Positions 1 through 9,655 of a stretch of DNA of 64,000 bases are shown here, in pieces. The stretch lies in IMG/VR virus record IMGVR_UViG_3300046819_000361; one strand, 5' to 3'. Source of the DNA: a virus. Lineage: Duplodnaviria; Caudoviricetes. Both the position numbers and the translations under genes were made by a program. The first letter of the stretch is position 1. Each line of letters begins with the position of its first letter. Below the pieces are notes generated by a model that was not told where the DNA came from, searched no databases, and saw only the letters and a program-made list of their open reading frames with translations.

Positions 1-632
1 TGGTCAGTTACTGTATTCCCCCAACACCAACAATAATAGGATGCATCACCAAACCATCCACCACCACCGCCACCACCACCACCAATATACGCAGACGAGT
101 TGGTATTATCGATAGTAATAGTACTAATTCCATTTAACGAAGAAATTTGTATTGCTGGCCCACCATTTTCAGCATCTAGTTGATTTTGGTTATTTGCACC
201 GCCACCACCCTTTCCAATAATATATCCATTATTGATAAGTTTCATGGTATCACCTGTGGCAGTTGTAGTAGAATTTATGGTGAGTCCAGCATTGCTAATA
301 GTTGAAGCCCATAAGTATACACCGCTATTAACAGTAATATAGACATCAGTAGAGCCAGCCACAAATGATCCTGACGTGGTATCGGCAACCGATATAGTAG
401 CATCACTATGACTTGTTGTGAATGTTATATAGTAACTATTTCTACTAGATTTCCCATAAAAGCTACTATAACTAATCTGAGTACCAGAACCAGTAATACC
501 AGCTAAAGCTCTGGCATCAGTATCATTAAGAGAAAGTTGTGCGTTATAAGCTTTGCCTAATTCAGTATTAATTGATTGATTTGCGGGTGAACTAACACCA
601 GCCGAAATTTGTCCTGACGATACTAATGTCAT
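1..632 (-). CDS. Gly-rich virion protein, T-even gp38 adhesin-like (runs off window edge)
   Basis: Manual translation from ATG 632: MTLVSSGQIS...SINTELG...KLINNGYIIGKGGGG...GGPAIQI...YIGGGGGGGG; open to position 1. Confidence 0.65.
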   Translation of the reverse strand, partial: MTLVSSGQISAGVSSPANQSINTELGKAYNAQLSLNDTDARALAGITGSGTQISYSSFYGKSSRNSYYITFTTSHSDATISVADTTSGSFVAGSTDVYITVNSGVYLWASTISNAGLTINSTTTATGDTMKLINNGYIIGKGGGGANNQNQLDAENGGPAIQISSLNGISTITIDNTNSSAYIGGGGGGGGGWFGDASYYCWCWGNTVTD

Positions 633-677
633 TTTTAAATCCTTTAAATATTATACTGTATTTATCAGATTTCAGTG

Positions 678-839
678 TCAATGTCTGAAATGTCTATGAA
701 TATGTTGACGATGTGGTTGAACGTGAATAACCACAGGAGGTGCAGGTGGACCAACATAATCATGATATTGATATCTAACTGGATGTACCGTACATCCAGT
801 TAATCCAAGTAATATTACAACAATTCCTGCTCTAACCAT
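678..839 (-). CDS. Small putative lipoprotein (53 aa)
   Basis: MVRAGIVVILLGLTGC: hydrophobic stretch + LTGC lipobox, Pro/His-rich tail; below ORF-track cutoff. Confidence 0.55.
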   Translation of the reverse strand: MVRAGIVVILLGLTGCTVHPVRYQYHDYVGPPAPPVVIHVQPHRQHIHRHFRH

Positions 840-1327
840 ACCTTACAATCTTCCCAATTTTTATATTGATGTGCTCTACCACCAGCCGCGATCCAATCAT
901 CACAGTTAGATTTACGATCATCAATTAAGATGCTATTATGACCATTACAATGTGAAGCCTTGTCCCAAGAATATGGACCAAATAACACATCTATTCCAGG
1001 AAAATATTTATTGCACCAATGCACCTTATCTTGGATAGCATATGGAAAATTATTCTGACGTGGTATTGCAGTCAAAAATGCTATTTTACCATTGTGTTTA
1101 TTACAATAATTCTCACACCATTCTACTAATTCATTTGCACCATCTTTACGTGCTAACCACCGATACATGCGTTGATTATTAGTCAATTTGGACCATTCAC
1201 TATCTGGCAATCTTTCACCTACTGGAAGTTTATGATTGAAAAACTCTCTAGCATATCCCATCCAATCTGCTACAACATCATCAACATCTATTGCTATTTT
1301 TATGTTATTCATTGTAAGTCTCACCAT
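815..1327 (-). CDS. HAD-family 5'(3')-deoxyribonucleotidase
   Basis: IAIDVDDVVAD motif I, FLTA, LIDD motif; likely start at MNNIK. Confidence 0.85.
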   Translation of the reverse strand: MVRLTMNNIKIAIDVDDVVADWMGYAREFFNHKLPVGERLPDSEWSKLTNNQRMYRWLARKDGANELVEWCENYCNKHNGKIAFLTAIPRQNNFPYAIQDKVHWCNKYFPGIDVLFGPYSWDKASHCNGHNSILIDDRKSNCDDWIAAGGRAHQYKNWEDCKVWLEQELL

Positions 1328-1631
1328 TAATAAAATAATTATATAAAAACGTAGTTAACCTAACTATCTGCCTTTCATTCCCATATGATTCTATCACCTC
1401 ATCATGAATTTCAACCACTATTTCAGAAATTTCTTGAAGAAGATTAGAGTCAAATGCAAGGATTGCGGGTTTTTTGAAATCATCCGTAATAATGGTGTAA
1501 TCAGTGATTACACCATATATCACATGTGCAAGATCAGGATTCACAATTTTATCTAAAAATTCATCAGTTGAAGATACGGTGATTTCATCCAACTGCTCTG
1601 TTAAATTAATTAAATCACGCATTATTTTCAA
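1305..1631 (-). CDS. Hypothetical protein (MRDLINLTE-type N-terminus)
   Basis: ORF track, co-oriented overlapping operon. Confidence 0.65.
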   Translation of the reverse strand: MKIMRDLINLTEQLDEITVSSTDEFLDKIVNPDLAHVIYGVITDYTIITDDFKKPAILAFDSNLLQEISEIVVEIHDEVIESYGNERQIVRLTTFLYNYFINGETYNE

Positions 1632-1806
1632 CTTTCTTGGCTATAATATGTAACTTGTCTGCCAATTTAAGAATTTTATTGTAAGATTCTTGTTTTTGTG
1701 CAGATGATACATCAGAATGAGGACTAGAATTCAACATATCTGTATTGTTAAGAGATTCATTAATCATCTCATCTATTGCTTTTTTATCATATGCCATTGT
1801 ATCCAC
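1615..1806 (-). CDS. Hypothetical protein
   Basis: ORF track, AAGGTGG upstream of ATG. Confidence 0.55.
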   Translation of the reverse strand: MDTMAYDKKAIDEMINESLNNTDMLNSSPHSDVSSAQKQESYNKILKLADKLHIIAKKVENNA

Positions 1807-1848
1807 CTTTGTTATTTTTGGACATTATATCACGATCTTTCGTTATTG

Positions 1849-4800
1849 TCAAACTACTTGAATACCCATATCATTTAGCATCGCTATGATGTCTTCACGT
1901 TGTTCATCATCAAATTCTTCACCTCTGATCTGTGCAACTTGCTGTAATGCGGCATCCAGTTCTTCGTTAGTCAAAGTACCTTGTTCTTTTCCTTTCGCAA
2001 GTAACGCCTTCATTACATCAGTAACAGTTGATGAGTTGGGTTCATCAGATGGTAGTTCAGATGGTAGTTCAGTACTAGTAAAATTCTTTTTTATTGCTTT
2101 TCTCAGATCTGGATTATCGGTTGTTCTATATGTCAAACCTATCATATCATCAGCCAAGTTAATACGTTTAGCATATGCAACAAACACATCAGGTGGTAAT
2201 ATACCCATGTCATTATATAATTGGGTATCAATCACAGGTGTTTTATTATGTTTTGCCATATTCAACAATCTTTTATGTTTTATTTCTTTAATGCGATCAT
2301 CATCACCGTCAGTATCAAGCAGATCCCTTACTCTGATTACCGAATTTTTAATAATTGATTCTTTTACTTCTTCTGATCCTTTACTGTAAATGTATTCAAG
2401 ATCTGAGAATCTGGCATTTGTTTGATTATCCATTACTGTTGGAAATACTTTATCAAGAGGGGAAACATCATCAAGTCTAACATATAAATCATGAAACACA
2501 TTGATAGAATCATGTTTGATAGCCGCTGCTATAATTTTCTTTGTAAGATTGGAGTCATCGCTATCATAGTTATACACCAAATCTCGTAGTTCACTCTCAG
2601 ATCCAGTGTCACAGATATGTGTTAATATGTTACTAATTAGTTTATCTATTTTGTATGAATCTGTAATATAATAACTATCACTGATTCTAGATTTAATGTA
2701 GAATAAAATCTTTGGTGATAATTTGATATGTTTTAATATAGTGTATAAACATTCATCTTCATCATTTTTTCCATAATCGGAATAGTCACCTTTTAAAATT
2801 TTAACAATAACACCCGCTGCATCACTGCCTTTCATTTGATTAGATTTGAGCAATCTATTAATAACAGATAAATCTTTACAGGATTCAGCAACCTGACTGA
2901 TATCTATTCGTTCTTCTTTAACACGTTTAACCCATAGGTTATGTACGGCTTCCCATACAATATCATCATTTAAATTGGTATATGATTCAATATCACTCAA
3001 TATAATGTTAGGTATACTATCATTTTTGATGATCTCGAATATTACATCAGAATCAGCATCTTTTAATATTTTAATAATGATGGTGTCAGTTGCATGTTCA
3101 TTTGTTGCTATTAAATGATATATTTTTGGATCAATAGTATACATAGAATTCAAACGATTAACAACATTAACTACATCCATCAATTCATCGGAATTAGATA
3201 CATTTTTAATATCATTTGTAATGTTTTTAATAATTTCTCGCATTTTATCATCGAGTTTATTATAAAAGTCCATTGAATCACCATGTTGGTATTCATCATT
3301 GGCATATTCAAATATTCTATTCATAGTATCTGCGTCACAATTTGGATTTGATAATATAGTTAAAAATGCATCATTATCAACTAATTCATCTCTTGGATCA
3401 GCCATTCTAATTAATTTTCTAGTAATCGTATTCAACGTACCAGTACCAACCTTAAATTTAATAATATCATATAATTCTTGAATATCGGTAGATCCTTTAA
3501 TGACATGTCTCAATCCATCATTATAATTATCCACAACCATATGATAAAATCTTAATAACTCAGTTCTATGATTTTCATATAATCCCTCTGGTAGGAAACC
3601 AATTACACCCGGTGTGGTTTTATATATTTCTTTAAGCAATTCAAAGAATTCGTTAGGTGCCTCATCAATAAACCTCGGTGGAAATGTTGAGATATCACCG
3701 GATAAAGAATTTTTAATAAAAGTTTTAGTAAGTTCCATTGCTGCTTTCGCGGTTTGAGCTCTTGATACAACAGTTGGGTATTTTGTTGCATCGTTCGCTA
3801 ATACCATTTTTAAATAACCAATAGTTAATAACTCAGGTGGAACTTTAGTTACTTCATTTTGATATGTACTATAGGTTTGTTTATCGGTTTCGTAATTACC
3901 ATGAATTTGTGTTTTGTTTTGATACTCAAATTCATTATAATTATATGCTTCTGGATGCAATGTAAATAAACCATCTAACTCCTGTGAAGCATTAACTGCA
4001 TCAGCCCATTCTTTGACTTTTTCACGAAATTCAGCTGGATATGATGCGCCACGGATATAAACTTTATCATGCACACCTAAAGCAATCTGATGGGTAGTAT
4101 CACTGATAAATGGTTTCATTGAAACACGAGCAATCGGATCATCCAAGTTCATGTCATCTTTCTTAACTAGATAAGCAGCAATTGAGCCAATTGCGACATC
4201 TCTAATAGCGGGTTCAGCATTTTCACCCCGTGCTTTACCTAGCTCATCGAGCCCAGACCAACCACCACCTAGATTCAAACAACTGGTCCATTTCTTGTTG
4301 GTACTTACTTCAGCTACTTCGTATTTGTCACGAGTGATCACAATTACTTGATTACTGGTGTTAAAATCTTCGGAATGTTCTACTTCAAACTTATTAGCAA
4401 TACTAGTGTCAACCTTGTTCGCAGTAAAGATTCGACCAATACTTTCAGGCATTGGTGGTCTGATAAAGATACCTTTGTTATAATCCATAACATCATATTT
4501 CATCTTTGCCAATCCTTGCATAACCGCTTCATTTGGTAATGCTTTTGGATCAGTTCTATGTGGATCATTCTCCCATGCTTGATACAGATTGGGAACACTA
4601 CCGAATACCACATTAGCAGAATATTGTCTTGGTGTTGAACTAATAGCAGTACCCGCTACATAATCCAATATTTTATACCCAAGTTTCGCTAATGCATCAA
4701 CTACTTCTGGACTTGGTTCAGCTGTACCTGACATAGGTAGGTATATACGTGATTCCTTTCCAAATATATGATCCCATTGTGCTGGATTATATTCCATTTT

Positions 4801-4872
4801 TTTAATTAGATCATCAACATATTTCTTTTGGTTTACATTTAATGCTTCATTAAACAATTGTCTTAACTTCAT
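1849..4872 (-). CDS. 1007-aa protein with C-terminal sigma70 region-1.1-like domain; candidate head-packaged protein
   Basis: C-term MKALLAKGKEQGTLTNEEL...EQREDIIAMLNDMGIQVV resembles RpoD region 1.1; MKLRQLFNE N-terminus. Confidence 0.8.
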   Translation of the reverse strand: MKLRQLFNEALNVNQKKYVDDLIKKMEYNPAQWDHIFGKESRIYLPMSGTAEPSPEVVDALAKLGYKILDYVAGTAISSTPRQYSANVVFGSVPNLYQAWENDPHRTDPKALPNEAVMQGLAKMKYDVMDYNKGIFIRPPMPESIGRIFTANKVDTSIANKFEVEHSEDFNTSNQVIVITRDKYEVAEVSTNKKWTSCLNLGGGWSGLDELGKARGENAEPAIRDVAIGSIAAYLVKKDDMNLDDPIARVSMKPFISDTTHQIALGVHDKVYIRGASYPAEFREKVKEWADAVNASQELDGLFTLHPEAYNYNEFEYQNKTQIHGNYETDKQTYSTYQNEVTKVPPELLTIGYLKMVLANDATKYPTVVSRAQTAKAAMELTKTFIKNSLSGDISTFPPRFIDEAPNEFFELLKEIYKTTPGVIGFLPEGLYENHRTELLRFYHMVVDNYNDGLRHVIKGSTDIQELYDIIKFKVGTGTLNTITRKLIRMADPRDELVDNDAFLTILSNPNCDADTMNRIFEYANDEYQHGDSMDFYNKLDDKMREIIKNITNDIKNVSNSDELMDVVNVVNRLNSMYTIDPKIYHLIATNEHATDTIIIKILKDADSDVIFEIIKNDSIPNIILSDIESYTNLNDDIVWEAVHNLWVKRVKEERIDISQVAESCKDLSVINRLLKSNQMKGSDAAGVIVKILKGDYSDYGKNDEDECLYTILKHIKLSPKILFYIKSRISDSYYITDSYKIDKLISNILTHICDTGSESELRDLVYNYDSDDSNLTKKIIAAAIKHDSINVFHDLYVRLDDVSPLDKVFPTVMDNQTNARFSDLEYIYSKGSEEVKESIIKNSVIRVRDLLDTDGDDDRIKEIKHKRLLNMAKHNKTPVIDTQLYNDMGILPPDVFVAYAKRINLADDMIGLTYRTTDNPDLRKAIKKNFTSTELPSELPSDEPNSSTVTDVMKALLAKGKEQGTLTNEELDAALQQVAQIRGEEFDDEQREDIIAMLNDMGIQVV

Positions 4873-4875
4873 TTA

Positions 4876-5472
4876 CTATCCTTGTACAAATCCAGCTGGT
4901 AAATCATAGTGTGCAATTTTATCTTTTGGTGTTACTACTTTGGTACCAACAATTTTATTCATATTGAATAATACAATCATGGTAGCATTACCCCATCCAA
5001 AAGGATTATTTACAACCTGATAATCACAACCATGTTGAACTAGAAACTCACGTTCAATTGCTTTATTACCAGGTCTTACTGCATCTTCATTCACAATAAC
5101 ATTAATGAAATGCTGTGCTAAAACATTATTACCATCTTTAGCTAGGTTGGTCATTCTTGCTGTTACATCTTTACGTTTAGCTGCCACAACATATAAATTG
5201 ACAAAGTTTAATACATCATCCAACGGTATAGTTACTTCTGCAGTTGATCTACCGGTGGCGATAGTAATCATATACAATTTTCTACTACCTTTGGCATATT
5301 TCCTAACCGCTTCATATTTGGTAATCAAATATAATCCTGGCCCATATTCAGATCTACCAGTTTTGTATTTGACAGTTGCATCAAGATTTCCACCATGCCA
5401 AAGACTCATTGTACCAGGTTGTGTAGATGGTTGAATTATTTCTTCTAATAAAATTTCGCTTACTTTCATCAA
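4876..5472 (-). CDS. ADP-ribosyltransferase-fold-like protein
   Basis: LWHGG...EYGPGLYL motif; MKVSEILLEE N-terminus. Confidence 0.5.
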   Translation of the reverse strand: MMKVSEILLEEIIQPSTQPGTMSLWHGGNLDATVKYKTGRSEYGPGLYLITKYEAVRKYAKGSRKLYMITIATGRSTAEVTIPLDDVLNFVNLYVVAAKRKDVTARMTNLAKDGNNVLAQHFINVIVNEDAVRPGNKAIEREFLVQHGCDYQVVNNPFGWGNATMIVLFNMNKIVGTKVVTPKDKIAHYDLPAGFVQG

Positions 5473-5477
5473 TTGCC

Positions 5478-6320
5478 CTACATTACAAATATTCTATTCA
5501 TGCATGCACTTAACACATCTTCAAACATGAATGGCATGGTATTCATCAAATTATTTATTTCATCATTAACATCATCTTCTGGTACATTAGGATCGGCAGT
5601 CATTGAATTTTTACGTCCCCATTTAGAAGAACCATAAGGTATATTACTTGGGAGCATATTCAATTTAATTTTGCCAGTTTGTAAGAATTGTGCAAATAAT
5701 TCATATAAGAATTCGAACGGTCGTTGTAATAACGCTTGTCTGCTACTGCGTTGTGTACCAATGGCATGGAACAATGCAGTATAATATTGATCAAATCTAG
5801 AATTATAACTATCGCCTGGAATATTTACACGATAGACTGTAGATAAGATTTCATGAATTGATCTGAAAAAGAAGGATTCCACATACCTCCATGCTGCACC
5901 CACCGATGAATTCATCCTATCTGCCACTATAGCATGTCCAAAACGATGTGCCATGATCCATGGTGTCATTACTACTTTATCAGCACCGGTATTGGATACA
6001 TAGACAATAGTGATTGCATCACTATCAATATCAGATAATATTTTCTCAGCAATTTCTGGACGTTTGGCAAATGTTTGTTGTATAAATTGTGGTGTTACTG
6101 TACCACGTTCTTGAAATTGGCGTAAACCTGGGTAATTAACAGGGAATATTCTAAAATCAACTCCAGTTTTTTCAAAGAATTTCAAAAGCTTTTGTTCGTG
6201 CTTTGGGTTCTGTATCAATTTCTTATCACGTGGATCATTAAATGAACCAGGTTTTTTAAAATCCCCCAATGGTTCATAATCTGTAATTGGTGCTTCTGTT
6301 ATAATTTCTGTTACTTTCAT
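5478..6320 (-). CDS. Hypothetical protein with HxxGH motif (possible metalloprotein)
   Basis: TPWIMAHRFGHAI; MKVTEIITE N-terminus. Confidence 0.6.
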   Translation of the reverse strand: MKVTEIITEAPITDYEPLGDFKKPGSFNDPRDKKLIQNPKHEQKLLKFFEKTGVDFRIFPVNYPGLRQFQERGTVTPQFIQQTFAKRPEIAEKILSDIDSDAITIVYVSNTGADKVVMTPWIMAHRFGHAIVADRMNSSVGAAWRYVESFFFRSIHEILSTVYRVNIPGDSYNSRFDQYYTALFHAIGTQRSSRQALLQRPFEFLYELFAQFLQTGKIKLNMLPSNIPYGSSKWGRKNSMTADPNVPEDDVNDEINNLMNTMPFMFEDVLSACMNRIFVM

Positions 6321-7048
6321 TTATCATCCTTGATATATTCGTTAATCAGATCGGTTCCTGAATAACTACCGCTGGCTCCAACAGCTGATGCAATTTGGCT
6401 AGCATTCCATGCTACGTAGAAATATTCACCTGATTGATGTTTAAATACCAATCCATCATATTTGGTAATTGCTATGCTATTTTGGAGGAATGCCTCATCT
6501 TGGTTTTTATACAGGTCATAGGCTATAGTGTTTAATTGACGTAATAGTGAATCATTATTTCTATATAAATCAATGACATCCCGTAATGCTTCATTTTTAT
6601 TCATTGAATAAGGAACATCGTAGTTATCTCTTAAATATTCATCAATATTAGGTGAGTTAAGAATAAATTGTTTTACTTGCATGCCGGTAAGTAATTTTTT
6701 AGAATTAGCTGGCATGGGTTTTTTGATGGATAGATATACTGGGATGACATTAGGTGCATCGGCATCTGGGTTAGCATAACCTGATGCGGTTGATGGGAAA
6801 TTGGTGAAGTAAAATCCAGTACCATACTCAGCTGCACCAACACTAGCATGTTCATAACTGAATCTTGTAAAATCTGCATTGGTTCCATGATACATAACCA
6901 ATGGTCTTTTGTGCTCATCTACTACTTTACTACCTTTGAACCATGCCCAAAAATTAGCTAATGCAGTATCATTATAGGCAATAGGTTTACCATTACTATT
7001 TTCATTAGGCAATGTTCTACGTGCCTCAAATAATTCTCTTAAATTCAT
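6317..7048 (-). CDS. ART-PolyVal-like ADP-ribosyltransferase domain protein
   Basis: FWAWFKGSKVVD...PLVMYHGT...GTGFYFT...NVIPVYL...YDG...QIASAVG. Confidence 0.7.
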   Translation of the reverse strand: MNLRELFEARRTLPNENSNGKPIAYNDTALANFWAWFKGSKVVDEHKRPLVMYHGTNADFTRFSYEHASVGAAEYGTGFYFTNFPSTASGYANPDADAPNVIPVYLSIKKPMPANSKKLLTGMQVKQFILNSPNIDEYLRDNYDVPYSMNKNEALRDVIDLYRNNDSLLRQLNTIAYDLYKNQDEAFLQNSIAITKYDGLVFKHQSGEYFYVAWNASQIASAVGASGSYSGTDLINEYIKDDK

Positions 7049-7099
7049 AATATTATTCCGTAATATTACTATTTAACGTTTTTCGTTATCTTTGTCAAA

Positions 7100-7605
7100 G
7101 GTATTAGGTATTACTAAAGGAGAACGGAGTTCTCCTGTTCTTCGCTATCGCTCATCACATTTTTTATAATTTCTATCTTACCTATTCAACTAGATTACGA
7201 TTATATTTTGCCCCATCAAGGGGGCAAAAAAATATTTCAACTGAGTTGACTTCATATCTGATATTACACTATTACAGAGGCGGTCAGCCGGTACCTCGAA
7301 GTGCTGTCTTTATTCTGACGGCGGGAGTATGAATACATATCAGCGCATTCATATCCGTGTGGTTTCTCTCCACTCTTTTAGCCTTTTTTCATTTGTTCAA
7401 ATTTTCGAAATTGGTTGTACTGAAGGCGTATCCAATCATCATTCACAACACTAGGTGTGAGTAGTCGAAAAAGTCACTGCATCAGCTCAGCTGTTTCCCT
7501 CTACGCGAAGCACATTCCGTATCTCGGGGCACCTTAATCCATTTTACCGGTGCTAGTATTATCTGAAGTTTTATTGCCTTTACTATGTCTAAATTTTGCC
7601 TATTT
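7100..7605 (-). ncRNA. Candidate ~500-nt structured non-coding RNA
   Basis: No ORF >=60 aa, locally GC-richer, several hairpins, directly downstream of a perfect sigma70 promoter. Confidence 0.5.
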
Positions 7606-7611
7606 GATGTT

Positions 7612-7640
7612 ATTATACTTTAAAACAAATTCAATGTCAA
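7612..7640 (-). promoter_or_regulatory. Consensus sigma70 promoter TTGACA-17-TATAAT overlapping the stop of the last array gene
   Basis: Minus strand TTGACAttgaatttgttttaaagTATAAT. Confidence 0.85.
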
Positions 7641-7855
7641 GAAAATTTTAATATTAACCAAGTGTAATGTGCTTCACTCTCGAATTCATAACCTGCATCA
7701 CTCAGTTCACATCCATAATCTGCTAATAATTGTCTTTCTGCTTCTACCCAACTCTCGAATGGGACAGATCGATCATTATATCCAGTAATCTCATCTATAT
7801 TCTTCTCTATATTAGGTGGAATATTATTAACAATATATTTTTCATTGGATGTCAT
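7637..7855 (-). CDS. Array micro-protein, subfamily C (distal end)
   Basis: ends WLILKFS. Confidence 0.8.
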   Translation of the reverse strand: MTSNEKYIVNNIPPNIEKNIDEITGYNDRSVPFESWVEAERQLLADYGCELSDAGYEFESEAHYTWLILKFS

Positions 7856-8109
7856 TTAGATCCCCATTGTATTACAAACCAATTGTAATATGATTCATCT
7901 TCAAATAGTAATACATTCACTAGTGACTCCTCATGAAATATATTCTCGGTGTATGTGCCATGATATTTCTTTAGTATGTCATTGACATAATCAATTCTTG
8001 CTGGTCTATCAGGTAATGTAGCAAGTATAGGAAGTAGTGACATTAGAAAATCCTGCCAATAGACAGGACAATTCGGCCATCCATACATAATTATTCTTTT
8101 AGGTTTCAT
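7852..8109 (-). CDS. Array micro-protein, E
   Basis: ATGA-coupled; ends WFVIQWGSK. Confidence 0.8.
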   Translation of the reverse strand: MKPKRIIMYGWPNCPVYWQDFLMSLLPILATLPDRPARIDYVNDILKKYHGTYTENIFHEESLVNVLLFEDESYYNWFVIQWGSK

Positions 8110-8318
8110 GACCATTTTAATACAAACCATGTGTAATCTTTATCATTGTCAAATTGCATACATATACCTGAAATTGTCATATCACGATATATAAATTTGC
8201 AATGATACTCCTCTTCAATTATGCTTCTAACCTTATCACCGTCTTTGAGATTTGCCAAATAATAATCATAGGCATTGGAATAAGGTATGAACCCATAGCA
8301 TCGCTTAATTATAGCCAT
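8106..8318 (-). CDS. Array micro-protein
   Basis: ends WFVLKWS. Confidence 0.8.
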   Translation of the reverse strand: MAIIKRCYGFIPYSNAYDYYLANLKDGDKVRSIIEEEYHCKFIYRDMTISGICMQFDNDKDYTWFVLKWS

Positions 8319-8515
8319 TTCATAGAAAACCATTGAAAGTGTGCTTCACTTTGAAATATAAGATACCGCCAATCATTAACTAATGCTAATCTGCCATTGA
8401 ATGTGGCCAATTCTTCATACAATTTTGATGAATGCCACGTATGGAATTCATCACCTAACTTATCACGCATGCTAGATGGTAAATGGTATATGCTAATTTT
8501 GAATTCTTCAGTCAT
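8309..8515 (-). CDS. Array micro-protein, C
   Basis: ends WFSMKWL. Confidence 0.8.
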   Translation of the reverse strand: MTEEFKISIYHLPSSMRDKLGDEFHTWHSSKLYEELATFNGRLALVNDWRYLIFQSEAHFQWFSMKWL

Positions 8516-8789
8516 GATATTCCCAATTTAGTAAAAACCATGTTTTGTATTGTTCTTTTTCGAATGTCAATTTTAATTGGTCAAATGGTCCATCAGTAGT
8601 CCACTCAACAGCTGAAATGCCTTTAAATTCATCTTTAATAAAATCCCTGATAAACTTATACTGCCCCCCATTAAATTTGCAGTTGCAATATTTCTTCCAT
8701 AAGAGATCTGTATCTTTGCGTGATAACAAAACATAGGGTGGTCGAAACTTAATTAAACCATAATTGTAAATTCTTTTAAAAATATTCAT
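8508..8789 (-). CDS. Array micro-protein
   Basis: ends WFLLNWEYHD. Confidence 0.8.
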   Translation of the reverse strand: MNIFKRIYNYGLIKFRPPYVLLSRKDTDLLWKKYCNCKFNGGQYKFIRDFIKDEFKGISAVEWTTDGPFDQLKLTFEKEQYKTWFLLNWEYHD

Positions 8790-8992
8790 GACCACCTCAA
8801 CACAAACCAATTTCGGTCATCTTGATTTGAAAAATATATTAAATTCCCAGCATATCTATATCGATCAGCCTCGTATTGACTTCCAAATTGATCTACACAC
8901 CATTGCATAATCATGCTTCTATCAGATGATGGTTCTCTGATGATAACTCCGTATGGGTAATTGTCTGTGCCACGGCAGGTGATTACTCTCAT
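8786..8992 (-). CDS. Array micro-protein, D
   Basis: ends WFVLRWS. Confidence 0.8.
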   Translation of the reverse strand: MRVITCRGTDNYPYGVIIREPSSDRSMIMQWCVDQFGSQYEADRYRYAGNLIYFSNQDDRNWFVLRWS

Positions 8993-9180
8993 GACCACCT
9001 CAACACAAACCAAGTATATTCTTCATCATCCATGCACCAGGAATTAATGCCCTTATATATTGCTGTTTTGAAACCGGCAGCTGCTAATATCTCATCCCAT
9101 TGATTCAAATTATTTAGTTCTGGATTGGAGTAAGCATACTCAACAAACTTTGGAAAATTAGATATCTTAAACTGTTTCAT
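8989..9180 (-). CDS. Array micro-protein, A
   Basis: ends WFVLRWS. Confidence 0.8.
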   Translation of the reverse strand: MKQFKISNFPKFVEYAYSNPELNNLNQWDEILAAAGFKTAIYKGINSWCMDDEEYTWFVLRWS

Positions 9181-9446
9181 GACCATCTCAATATAAAAAG
9201 TGTTCTATGATGTTCTTCTTGAAAACTGAAATTATCTTCAGGCGGATCATAAGCTGTATCTAGCCAATAATTCCATTTTAATTTTTTCTTATCAAATTGA
9301 TGTTCACACCAGTCACACATGACCCTGACTATTTCATCATAATCAGTATCACTGTATTCTGGTGGTAATTCCCCTGCATGTTTTCTGAGATCCGCTAAAT
9401 CATCAATTATGACTTTGTAACGTAACCGTTCATCTTCTATTCTCAT
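9177..9446 (-). CDS. Array micro-protein, D
   Basis: ends LFILRWS. Confidence 0.8.
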   Translation of the reverse strand: MRIEDERLRYKVIIDDLADLRKHAGELPPEYSDTDYDEIVRVMCDWCEHQFDKKKLKWNYWLDTAYDPPEDNFSFQEEHHRTLFILRWS

Positions 9447-9655
9447 GACCACCTTAATATAAACCAAGTTCGCAGTGCTTCTGTTTCAAATTTGACAATC
9501 CCCCAATAATCTGGGTGATGTGGATTTCTAATATGCGTTGCGTTATCGTATTGACCACCACATTCTTTAATACATGATTCTATTGATATTTCATGTGCTT
9601 TTGAATAATTAACTATGTTAGCTATTTCAGATCTGCTTAATGAATGCTTAATCAT
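9443..9655 (-). CDS. Array micro-protein
   Basis: ends WFILRWS. Confidence 0.8.
   Translation of the reverse strand: MIKHSLSRSEIANIVNYSKAHEISIESCIKECGGQYDNATHIRNPHHPDYWGIVKFETEALRTWFILRWS

Noticed and set aside
1886-6918. Plus-strand and alternate-frame ORFs (1886, 3299, 3603, 4348, 5105, 6673) and similar shadows across the window
   Set aside because: Overlap better-supported genes, lack RBSs and have atypical composition
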